Shown: positions 1-7,411 of the stretch, one piece after another
Layout of the letters: every line of letters begins with the position of its first letter
Numbering within the stretch: the first letter of the stretch is position 1
NCBI GenBank assembly: GCA_964584035.1
Contig: CAZOYL010000094.1
Coordinates: forward strand, 1-10,521
Reading direction: 5' to 3'
DNA: 10,521 bases
Source of the DNA: an uncultured Gemmatimonadota bacterium
Lineage (GTDB): Bacteria > SM23-81
Notes under the pieces: model-generated
The model's input: the letters and a program-made list of their open reading frames with translations, nothing else
Databases searched by the model: none
What the model was told of the DNA's origin: nothing
Translations under genes and position numbers: made by a program

Positions 1-1113
1 AAGGGCGTGCTCCACACGCACGGAGGGTACGCGGTATACACCTCAACGACGCACCGGTACGTGTTCGACGTCAGGGACGAGGACCGATGGTGGTGCGCGG
101 CCGATCCCGGATGGATTACCGGGCACAGCTACATCGTGTACGGGCCGCTCATAAACGGGTCCACGATCATGATGTACGAGGGAGCACCGAACCATCCGTA
201 CCCGAACAGGTGGTGGTCGATGATCGAGAAGTACGGCATCACCATACTCTACACCTCGCCGACCGCGATACGGGGGCTCATGCGCTTCGGGGATCAGTGG
301 CCGAGCAGGCACGACCTGAGCAGCCTCAGGCTGCTCGGCTCGGTCGGAGAGCCCATCAATCCTGAGGCGTGGAGGTGGTACTACGAGGTCATCGGCAAGA
401 AGCGCTGTCCCATCATGGACACCTGGTGGCAGACCGAGACGGGACACTTCTGCATCACCCCGCTGCCCATCACGCCGCTGAAGCCCGGCTCGGCCACGAA
501 ACCTTTCCCCGGCCTCAATGCCAAGGTGTTCAATGAGGAAGGCGAAGCGGTGGTCAATGCCGGCGGCAACCTGGTGATGCTCAATCCCTGGCCCGGCATG
601 CTCCGGGGTCTCTATAAGGATCCCGAAAGGTACCAGGATGTTTACTGGAGCCGGTATGAGGGTATCTACCTGGCCGGCGATGTTTCCAGAGAAGATGGCG
701 ACGGGTACTTCTGGATTCAGGGCCGGGCCGATGATGTTCTCAACGTATCCGGTCACCGGATTGGCAACTCCGAGGTCGAATCCGCCCTGGTGAGCCATCC
801 CAAGGTGGCCGAGGCGGCCGTTATCGGCAAGCCCCATGAGCTCAAGGGCGAATCCATCTGTGCCTTCGTCGTCCCGCGGCAGGGTGTGGAGATCAACGAT
901 ACACTGCGGGCGGAGCTCCGGGAGCACGTCGGTACGGAGATCGGCAAGATCGCCCGGCCCGATGAGCTGTACTTCGTTCACGACGTGCCCAAGACCCGTT
1001 CCGGCAAGATCATGAGACGGGTCATCCGGGCCAAGGCCACCGGTGAACAGGTCGGCGATATCTCTACGCTGGCCAATCCGGAGGCCGTCGAGGAGATCGG
1101 TAAGGCAAAGTGA
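1..1113 (+). CDS. acs: Acetyl-CoA synthetase (AMP-forming), 5'-truncated by the window edge
   Basis: Frame is open from base 1 (KGVLHTHGGY). Acs motifs: WCAADPGWITGHSYIVYGPL, YTSPTAIR, LGSVGEPINPEAW, DTWWQTETG, GRADDVLNVSGHRIG, and PKTRSGKIMRR (contains the acetylation-site Lys). Stop TGA at 1111-1113. Confidence 0.96.
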   Translation, partial: KGVLHTHGGYAVYTSTTHRYVFDVRDEDRWWCAADPGWITGHSYIVYGPLINGSTIMMYEGAPNHPYPNRWWSMIEKYGITILYTSPTAIRGLMRFGDQWPSRHDLSSLRLLGSVGEPINPEAWRWYYEVIGKKRCPIMDTWWQTETGHFCITPLPITPLKPGSATKPFPGLNAKVFNEEGEAVVNAGGNLVMLNPWPGMLRGLYKDPERYQDVYWSRYEGIYLAGDVSREDGDGYFWIQGRADDVLNVSGHRIGNSEVESALVSHPKVAEAAVIGKPHELKGESICAFVVPRQGVEINDTLRAELREHVGTEIGKIARPDELYFVHDVPKTRSGKIMRRVIRAKATGEQVGDISTLANPEAVEEIGKAK

Positions 1114-1126
1114 TACTGCCACCGGA

Positions 1127-1160
1127 GAAGGGGAGCCGCCTCACCAGGCGGCTCCCCTTC
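1127..1160 (+). terminator. Perfect 15-bp stem-loop between acs and the MFS gene (weak terminator or mRNA stability/processing hairpin)
   Basis: GAAGGGGAGCCGCCT (1127-1141), loop CACC, AGGCGGCTCCCCTTC (1146-1160). No U-tract follows. RBS AAGGAGG at 1167-1173. Confidence 0.55.
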
Positions 1161-1179
1161 GTCTAAAAGGAGGTTTTAA

Positions 1180-2454
1180 ATGACCCAAGAGAAAGCTTTC
1201 AATCGATGGCTGGTCCTGCTGGGAGCCATCCCGATACAACTATGCCTGGGCGCCATCTATGCCTGGAGCGTCTTTACACCGGCGCTCAAGGAGACGCCCT
1301 TCAGCTTCAGCGCCACGCAGACTCAGATCGTCTTTTCCGTGGGGCTGGCTACCTTTGCCGTGGTCATGGTTCTGGCCGGTCGCTGGCAGGCCAAGGTTGG
1401 ACCCCGGAAAGTGGCCTTCGTCGGGGGGTTGTTGCTGGGATTGGGCTATGTGCTGGCCAAGTTCTTAGGCGCCTCCTTCATGGGTCAGGTGATCTGCATC
1501 GGCCTCATTGGAGGAGCCGGCATAGGGTTGGGCTATGTCTGTCCCATCGCCGTCGGCATCAAGTGGTTTCCGGACAAAAAGGGCCTCATCACCGGACTGG
1601 CCGTGGCCGGCTTCGGTTTTGGAGCCCTCATCTGGATCAAGCTGGCCGGTTCCTGGGGGCATCTGATCGACACCATGGGCGTGCTCAATGTCTTTGGGCT
1701 GTATGGAATTATATTCTTCATCATCGTGGCGCTGGGCAGCATCGTCATGGTCAACCCGCCGGCCGGGTGGAAGCCGGCCGGGTGGACGCCGCCTGAGGTC
1801 GGATCGAAAACCGGCCGGAACATCACCAGCGCCGATATGGGACCGGACCAGATGCTCCGCACGCCGCAGTTTTATATGCTTTGGATCATTTTCATCTTCT
1901 GCGCCATGGCCGGATTGATGACCATCGGCATCATCAAGCTGTTCGGCATCGACTCGCTCCAGCAGGGCGGTTATTCGGCCGCAGAGGCCAGCGCCATCGC
2001 AGGAACGGCCATGGCCGTTTTTTACTCCCTGGCCAACGGCATCGGACGCATCGCCTGGGGCACGATCAGCGATGCCATCGGCCGCAAGGTGGCCATCTTC
2101 TTGATGGCGGCCATCCAGGGTGTCATGATGCTGCTCTTTTTCAAGATGGGCGGAACCCCGGCTCTGTTCTATCTGGGCGCCGCCATCATCGGGTTCAACT
2201 TCGGGGCGAACTTCGCACTCTTTCCGGCGGCCACGGCCGATTTCTTCGGTTCGGCCAGCGTGGGCCAGAACTACGGCTGGATGTTTACCGCTTACGGCGT
2301 CGGAGGGATCGTGGGCCCCATCATGGCGGGTATCTTCCGCGATGCCGGCAGTTTCACTCCGGCTTTTGTCATCAGCGGCATTCTCTGTCTGGTGGCTGCC
2401 GTAATCGCCCTGATGACCCGGCCTCCCAAGAGTTATTCGCCGAAGACGCCGTAA
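1180..2454 (+). CDS. MFS transporter, oxalate/formate antiporter (OFA) / L-lactate monocarboxylate type
   Basis: About 12 hydrophobic segments. Family-typical strings: NRWLVLLGA..QLCLGAIYAWSVF, KWFPDKKGLITGLAVAGFGFGA, MLRTPQFYMLW, NGIGRIAWGTISDAIGRK, ADFFG...GQNYG. Strong RBS. Confidence 0.88.
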   Translation: MTQEKAFNRWLVLLGAIPIQLCLGAIYAWSVFTPALKETPFSFSATQTQIVFSVGLATFAVVMVLAGRWQAKVGPRKVAFVGGLLLGLGYVLAKFLGASFMGQVICIGLIGGAGIGLGYVCPIAVGIKWFPDKKGLITGLAVAGFGFGALIWIKLAGSWGHLIDTMGVLNVFGLYGIIFFIIVALGSIVMVNPPAGWKPAGWTPPEVGSKTGRNITSADMGPDQMLRTPQFYMLWIIFIFCAMAGLMTIGIIKLFGIDSLQQGGYSAAEASAIAGTAMAVFYSLANGIGRIAWGTISDAIGRKVAIFLMAAIQGVMMLLFFKMGGTPALFYLGAAIIGFNFGANFALFPAATADFFGSASVGQNYGWMFTAYGVGGIVGPIMAGIFRDAGSFTPAFVISGILCLVAAVIALMTRPPKSYSPKTP

Positions 2455-2461
2455 AAGGCCA

Positions 2462-2490
2462 TTGACAAGTTCAGCCGGCCGTTTTATATT
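2462..2490 (+). promoter_or_regulatory. sigma70-type promoter upstream of the porin leader
   Basis: TTGACA (2462-2467), 17-nt spacer, TATATT (2485-2490). Confidence 0.7.
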
Positions 2491-2607
2491 GACCGGGATT
2501 GCGGCTCACAGGACTCCGGCCTTGGCCATCATGGACGTCAAGCCCGGACAGGACCTTTGGTCACGACCATGAATCCTGCATCATGGGATATCACATGGAA
2601 TATTCCC

Positions 2608-2659
2608 ATTGACTTTGAGCAGTGACCTTAAGAATTGACCTTGAACATTGACCTTGAGA
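2608..2659 (+). repeat. Four tandem imperfect 13-bp direct repeats (consensus ATTGACCTTGARM)
   Basis: ATTGACTTTGAGC (2608-2620), AGTGACCTTAAGA (2621-2633), ATTGACCTTGAAC (2634-2646), ATTGACCTTGAGA (2647-2659). Confidence 0.85.
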
Positions 2660-2676
2660 TCATTTTGGGATAGAGG

Positions 2677-3786
2677 ATGAACAAACAAGCGAAGACAGGT
2701 GTGATCATAGCTCTGGCTCTTCTTTTGTCCCTGAGCCTCAGCGGCACGGCAGGCGCGAAGCTGACGCCTTACGGGTATATCAAACTTGACGCCTCCTACG
2801 ATCAGTCCCAAACGAACGATGGAAATTTCGTCTATATCGTGCTGCCGGAGGCCCAGGCCGATGACGAGTTCAACATGACAGCCAAGCAGACGCGACTGGG
2901 ACTGTCCTTTCAGGAGGACGGCTCGGTCCGTCCTAAGGTGACCGGCAAAGTGGAGCTGGATTTCTACGGCGGAGGCCCGGAGAATAAACCTAATCCCATG
3001 CTTCGGCAAGCCTTCATGGAGCTCAGCTATCCCGGATTCAGCCTTCTGGCCGGGCAGACCAGTGATCTTTACGCCCCGCTCAATCCGACCACGCTCAATT
3101 ATATCGTTCTGTGGAAGTGTGGCAATACCGGTTATCGCAGGCCCCAGATCCGCCTGACGAAAACGGTGAAAATAGGGGAAAAGGCCAACTTGACGCTGGC
3201 CGGCAGCCTCAACCGCGCCGTGGGAACAGGCCAGGACGGAGAGGATGCCGCCCTGCCGTCCGGGATGGGAAGGATCGCGTTTTCCACCCGGCTGAATGGC
3301 CAGAAATTTGCTACGATAGGTATTTCCGGGCTGTATGGTCGCGAGGAGTCGGACGTCCTGAAGGAGACCTTTGAATCGGAGGCCGTGGCCGTAGATCTGA
3401 CCATCCCTCTGGGCCAGAAGGCTTCCCTCAAAGGCGAGTTTTACACGGGTCAGAACATGGCCAGCTACCTCGGCGGAATCGGCCAGGGAATCGATCTCGA
3501 TCACCTGGAGGAGATCGAAAGCAGCGGGGGCTGGGGTCATCTGGCCGTGGTTCTCAATACCTATGCCAGCTTGAACCTGGGAGCCGGCTGGGATGATCCC
3601 GAGCTGAAGGAAGGCGATATCGCTAACACGCTGGACGAAAATCTTTCCTATTTCGGCAATATCATCTGGACTTTGCATAGCGCCGTGTCCATGGGAGTGG
3701 AGTATCTGGGCACCGAGACCACTTATGCCGGCGGGGAAAGTTATCAGAATCATCGCGGCCAGCTCTCGTTCATCTATAAATTCTGA
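2677..3786 (+). CDS. Outer-membrane beta-barrel porin, DcaP-like
   Basis: N-terminal signal peptide (..LSGTAGA). DcaP-like strings: YGYIKLDASYD, KQTRLGL, GKVELDFYGG, LRQAFMEL, LLAGQT, RRPQIR. Amphipathic strands and a C-terminal YKF beta-signal. Confidence 0.8.
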   Translation: MNKQAKTGVIIALALLLSLSLSGTAGAKLTPYGYIKLDASYDQSQTNDGNFVYIVLPEAQADDEFNMTAKQTRLGLSFQEDGSVRPKVTGKVELDFYGGGPENKPNPMLRQAFMELSYPGFSLLAGQTSDLYAPLNPTTLNYIVLWKCGNTGYRRPQIRLTKTVKIGEKANLTLAGSLNRAVGTGQDGEDAALPSGMGRIAFSTRLNGQKFATIGISGLYGREESDVLKETFESEAVAVDLTIPLGQKASLKGEFYTGQNMASYLGGIGQGIDLDHLEEIESSGGWGHLAVVLNTYASLNLGAGWDDPELKEGDIANTLDENLSYFGNIIWTLHSAVSMGVEYLGTETTYAGGESYQNHRGQLSFIYKF

Positions 3787-3862
3787 TGGAGTGCGCCGCA
3801 GAGATTTTCTGGCCGTCACAAGATTTGAATGAACCTATATGAAGTAAAAATCATGGATTCAT

Positions 3863-3935
3863 GGGGCTGTAGCTCAGATGGGAGAGCGCTTGTCTGGCAG
3901 ACAAGAGGTCACGGGTTCGATCCCCGTCAGCTCCA
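3863..3935 (+). tRNA. tRNA-Ala (anticodon GGC); CCA not encoded
   Basis: Acceptor stem GGGGCTG/CAGCTCC with the G3:U70 Ala identity pair. Anticodon arm CTTGT-CT GGC AG-ACAAG (anticodon 3896-3898). T-arm ACGGG TTCGATC CCCGT. Discriminator A followed by CTT. Confidence 0.97.
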
Positions 3936-3994
3936 CTTTAACATTTGTAAGCCTGCGGTGGTAAGGACTCGCAGTTGGTAAAGGGAATTCATTC

Positions 3995-5809
3995 ATGAAG
4001 AGAAACGTTCCCATTATTCTGATGACGGTATTGGGCGTCGCTATGCTGATGGCTTGCGCGGCCAATCCTCCCGTGCAAAAAGAAATTCAGAAAAAGATTA
4101 CCAAGCAGCCGGAGATGGGCGATTACCTCACTGGAGAAAAGGCTTTAGCAGAGGCCGAAAGTCTTTTCGCGATCGGATCTGCGGAGCAGGAAAAGGACAA
4201 CTGGACGGGCGCCGAGGAACTTTATTCGGCATCTCTCCAGGTGCTGGCCGAACTGACCACAGCCGATGACTATCCTTCCCAGGCAGAGCGCTATGATCGC
4301 CTGGTGCAGGATCTGGCGCGGGAATATCCCGAGGTGCTGTCACATCTGGAGCAGCTGCCTCAGGAGGGTTCTCTGGCCTTGTTGTTTATGAAGTTGGGCG
4401 AGCTGCGGGCCGACGGTTTCTTAAGTGAAACTCCGGACAGCGTGGTGAGTCTGGAAATGGAGCAGGATGTTTCCTACGGCGTGCCCATCGATTGGAATGA
4501 GAAGGTGGAGAGCAGTGTCCGCTATTTCCAGGTGGAAAACCGGGAGGCTTTCGCCCGCTGGCTGAATCGATCCGGGTGCTATATGGAGCTGATGCAGGGG
4601 ATCCTGCAGCAGTATGGATTGCCGGAGGATCTCATCTATCTGGCCCTGATCGAGAGCGGATTCAATCCCCAGGCCTATTCCTGGGCCCATGCCTCCGGCC
4701 CCTGGCAGTTCATCTCCGGCACCGGAAAGCTCTATGGCTTGACCTACGACTGGTGGCTGGACGAGCGTCGAGATCCGGTTAAATCCACCCATGCGGCCGC
4801 CAAGTATCTGAAAAACCTTTATGATGAATTCGGGGACTGGCGTTTGGCGATGGCCGCTTACAACTGCGGCGAGGTCCGGGTTCGAAAAGCCATCACCAGT
4901 GCCGGATCCAGAGATTTCTGGAAGCTGGTATTACCAAGCCAGACGAGAAATTATGTGCCTCTCTTCATGGCCGCCACCATCATTGCCAAATCGCCGGAGC
5001 AATATGGTTTTACCGTTCAGCCCGAGCCGCCGCTGAGCTATGATGAGGTGACCATCGACGATTGCACCGATCTGAAGGTGGTAGCGCGGTGTTGTCACAG
5101 TACGGTCGATGAAATTCAAGCGTTGAACCCCGAGCTGCGCCGCTGGTGCACGCCGCCCAATCACCAGGCCTATGGCTTGAAAATTCCTTCCGGAACACGC
5201 AAAACCTTTCTGGCCAATTACGCCCTGGTTCCGGAGAGTGACAAGGTCTCCTGGCAGAGGCATAAGATCCAGCGGGGCGAGACGCTCTCCAAGATTGCCC
5301 AGCGGTACGGTACCTCCGTGCGGGCGATCTCAGAGGCCAACTCGCTGCGCAGCAGTCACCGCATCATCGCGGGGAAATATCTGCTGATCCCGGTTGGCCC
5401 CTATGGCGGTTCCGCGCCGTCAATCTCGACGGCCTCCTCGTCCGCCCGGATTGCCGATTCCGGCGACAAACTCATCTACACCGTCAAAAAAGGCGACGCA
5501 TTGAGCCGTATTGCCGCCAGCTTCGGGATCGGACTTTCTCAGCTGCGCCGGTGGAACAATCTCCGATCCGGAGCGTATATCTATCCGGGTGACAAACTGA
5601 CCATCTACTTATCCTCGGGGGAGGCTGCCTCGGTCCCCTCCGCGGAGACCTATACCGAGCTGATGTATACTGTAAAGCGGGGCGATACACTGTGGGACAT
5701 AGCCCAGGATTTCGGGGTCAGCCTGGCCGAGCTGATACAGGAAAATGGCCTGCGAGACCCTTCCCGTATCAGGCCGGGCAGCAAGCTGAGAATTAAGCGG
5801 CTCAATTAG
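3995..5809 (+). CDS. mltD: Membrane-bound lytic murein transglycosylase, MltD-like lipoprotein (SLT domain + 3 LysM)
   Basis: Lipobox LMAC after a hydrophobic signal. SLT motifs ALIESGFNPQAYSWAHASGPWQF, DERRDPVKST.AAAKYL, LAMAAYNCGE, TRNYVP. LysM repeats HKIQRGETLSKIAQRYG, YTVKKGDALSRIA, YTVKRGDTLWDIAQDFG. Confidence 0.9.
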   Translation: MKRNVPIILMTVLGVAMLMACAANPPVQKEIQKKITKQPEMGDYLTGEKALAEAESLFAIGSAEQEKDNWTGAEELYSASLQVLAELTTADDYPSQAERYDRLVQDLAREYPEVLSHLEQLPQEGSLALLFMKLGELRADGFLSETPDSVVSLEMEQDVSYGVPIDWNEKVESSVRYFQVENREAFARWLNRSGCYMELMQGILQQYGLPEDLIYLALIESGFNPQAYSWAHASGPWQFISGTGKLYGLTYDWWLDERRDPVKSTHAAAKYLKNLYDEFGDWRLAMAAYNCGEVRVRKAITSAGSRDFWKLVLPSQTRNYVPLFMAATIIAKSPEQYGFTVQPEPPLSYDEVTIDDCTDLKVVARCCHSTVDEIQALNPELRRWCTPPNHQAYGLKIPSGTRKTFLANYALVPESDKVSWQRHKIQRGETLSKIAQRYGTSVRAISEANSLRSSHRIIAGKYLLIPVGPYGGSAPSISTASSSARIADSGDKLIYTVKKGDALSRIAASFGIGLSQLRRWNNLRSGAYIYPGDKLTIYLSSGEAASVPSAETYTELMYTVKRGDTLWDIAQDFGVSLAELIQENGLRDPSRIRPGSKLRIKRLN

Positions 5810-5828
5810 CCGTTGTCGGGAGAGAGGT

Positions 5829-6713
5829 ATGAAAAGAAACGATATCATCATCGCGGTCGTCATCGGGCTCAGCGTGCTCTTCGTGTTCGTCATTTTTACC
5901 CTGGCCGTCATGGGCCTGTTCACCGAACGGTCCCTGACCTTCGGGTCATTGGGTCAGCGGATTGCCCTGGTGGAGATCCATGGAGTGATGACCGAGGCCG
6001 AGTCCACGGTCCGGCAACTGAAACGATACGCCCGGGATGAGAGCGTCCCGGTCATCGTGATGCATATCGATACGCCCGGCGGCACAGCCGCGGTGGCCCA
6101 GGAGATTTACGATCAGGTCGTAAAGGTTCGCCGGGATGGGAAAAAGGTGGTTGCCACCATGGGATCGCTGGCCGCGTCCGGAGGGTACTATGTGGCCTGC
6201 GCTGCCGATACCATCGTGGCCAATCCGGTTACGCTGACCGGGAGCATCGGTGTGCAGATGCGGCTGCCCAGCACCGAGGAACTGTTCCGGAAGATCGGGG
6301 TGGAGTTTCGCGTGGTCAAGAGCGGTCCCCATAAGGACATCGGATCGCCGCACCGGCCCATGACCGAGGAAGAGCGAAGAATCCTGCAGGAGGTCATCGA
6401 CGACAGTTATGAGCAGTTTGTCGACATCATCGTGGCCGGCCGTGGCCTGCCGCGGGAAGATGTGCTGGCCGTGGCCGACGGCCGTATTTTCACAGGCCGG
6501 CAGGCTCATGGTCTGAGATTAGTTGATGAGATAGGGACTTATGAAGAGGCCATCCTCCTGGCCGCGAGGATGGTGGGTATCGAAGGAGAGCCTCGTTTGA
6601 TAAAGGAAAGACGCAGAAAGGAAGATCTGTTCGACATCGTCTTCCAGCTGGCCGGACGGCTTGGGGGATCGGTTCACCAACAGGCTGGACTGGAATATCT
6701 GCTGAGTCCGTAA
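5829..6713 (+). CDS. sppA: Signal peptide peptidase SppA (36K type, peptidase S49)
   Basis: N-terminal TM anchor. Motifs IDTPGG, MGSLAASGGYYVA (catalytic Ser), TGSIGV, KSGPHKD (catalytic Lys), ADGRIFTGRQA..L.LVDEIG. RBS GAGAG(AGG). Confidence 0.94.
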   Translation: MKRNDIIIAVVIGLSVLFVFVIFTLAVMGLFTERSLTFGSLGQRIALVEIHGVMTEAESTVRQLKRYARDESVPVIVMHIDTPGGTAAVAQEIYDQVVKVRRDGKKVVATMGSLAASGGYYVACAADTIVANPVTLTGSIGVQMRLPSTEELFRKIGVEFRVVKSGPHKDIGSPHRPMTEEERRILQEVIDDSYEQFVDIIVAGRGLPREDVLAVADGRIFTGRQAHGLRLVDEIGTYEEAILLAARMVGIEGEPRLIKERRRKEDLFDIVFQLAGRLGGSVHQQAGLEYLLSP

Positions 6714-6724
6714 TAATTTTTTCC

Positions 6725-6753
6725 TTGACTTTTTCATTTTTAGAAAATATCTT
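6725..6753 (+). promoter_or_regulatory. sigma70-type promoter for the zinc-ribbon/HU region
   Basis: TTGACT (6725-6730), 17-nt AT-rich spacer, TATCTT (6748-6753). Confidence 0.6.
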
Positions 6754-6779
6754 TAAGGGTCCAAAGAGGTTAGAGAAAC

Positions 6780-7001
6780 GTGCCGATTTACGAGTACATC
6801 TGCCAGGACTGCGGGAAACGCTTCGATTGTTTGTTTAAAACCCGGCAAGATCAGAACGCAGTTGTCTGCAGTCATTGTGGGAGCAGCAACGCGAAACGCA
6901 TCTTCTCGACCTTCGGCCTGGGGGGCGGAAAAGGTGGGGATGGTTCCTCGGACAGCAGTTGCCGGACATGTTCGACCAAGACCTGTAGCACCTGTCGTTG
7001 A
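6780..7001 (+). CDS. FmdB-family zinc-ribbon protein (putative regulatory)
   Basis: GTG start. Signature MPIYEYxCxxCG...CxxCGS, a Gly/Ser linker and a C-terminal CxxCxxxxCxxC. Confidence 0.9.
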   Translation: MPIYEYICQDCGKRFDCLFKTRQDQNAVVCSHCGSSNAKRIFSTFGLGGGKGGDGSSDSSCRTCSTKTCSTCR

Positions 7002-7004
7002 GCC

Positions 7005-7032
7005 GCCCGTCGATGACCGGGCCTTTCTCTTT
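7005..7032 (+). terminator. Possible weak intrinsic terminator after the zinc-ribbon gene
   Basis: GCCCG...CGGGC stem (7005-7022) followed by CTTTCTCTTT. Confidence 0.35.
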
Positions 7033-7061
7033 CACTCATGGTGGCAAAGGAGGGATGACGA

Positions 7062-7343
7062 ATGACCAAGGCTGATCTTGTTGAGGAAGTCGCCAGCGTA
7101 ACGGGACTGACCAAAACGGACACTGCCATGGTCTTCGAGGCTTTTCTGAAGGCCATTTCGAATGCCCTGATTAAAGGCAATAATATCGAAATTCGAGGTT
7201 TCGGCAGATTCAAGGTGAAGCGCCGCAAGGCTCGCGTCGCCCGCAATCCCAGAACCGGAGAGGCTGTTCCCATTCCGGAGCGGAACGTACCCATCTTCCA
7301 GCCGTCCAATTTCCTCAAGGACCGGGTGGCGAGAGGCGTATAA
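7062..7343 (+). CDS. HU/IHF-family histone-like DNA-binding protein
   Basis: MTKADLVEEVA, IEIRGFGRF, RVARNPRTGEAV.IP....P.F.PS. RBS AAGGAGG upstream. Confidence 0.95.
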   Translation: MTKADLVEEVASVTGLTKTDTAMVFEAFLKAISNALIKGNNIEIRGFGRFKVKRRKARVARNPRTGEAVPIPERNVPIFQPSNFLKDRVARGV

Positions 7344-7382
7344 GTTAAACATTTATTGGTAGTTAAAAAGTTATCTTCGACC

Positions 7383-7411
7383 ATGAGCAGGGCGCAATCT
7401 GCCCTGCTCAT
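7383..7411 (+). other. Perfect 11-bp stem-loop between the HU gene and the bS22-like gene
   Basis: ATGAGCAGGGC (7383-7393), 7-nt loop, GCCCTGCTCAT (7401-7411). No U-tract. Confidence 0.55.

Noticed and set aside
43..1122. 359-aa minus-strand ORF
   Set aside because: Antisense shadow of the GC-rich acs gene, with no recognisable motifs.
1206..2465. Alternative-frame ORFs (196 aa, 194 aa) within the MFS gene
   Set aside because: Arg/Gly/His-rich off-frame translations typical of high-GC coding DNA.
2531..2625. Short leader ORFs MDVKPGQDLWSRP (2531-2572) and MNPASWDITWNIPIDFEQ (2569-2625, two Trp) as attenuator peptides
   Set aside because: No convincing RBS, the Trp codons are not adjacent, there is no terminator/antiterminator pair, and the downstream gene is not amino-acid biosynthetic.
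2608..2659. The array as a CRISPR, CtsR box, Pho box or FNR site
   Set aside because: No spacers and the units are too short for CRISPR. The reverse strand has GGTCAA cores, but with a 13-bp period rather than the 10-bp CtsR or 11-bp Pho period. No TTGAT-N4-ATCAA palindrome.
2581..3819. 412-aa minus-strand ORF
   Set aside because: Antisense to the porin, which has a signal peptide, family motifs and a C-terminal Phe.
6999..7001. TGA after the Cys-rich tail as selenocysteine readthrough
   Set aside because: The CxxC motif is already complete before the stop, the TGA is not at a Cys-equivalent position, and the downstream hairpin looks like a terminator.
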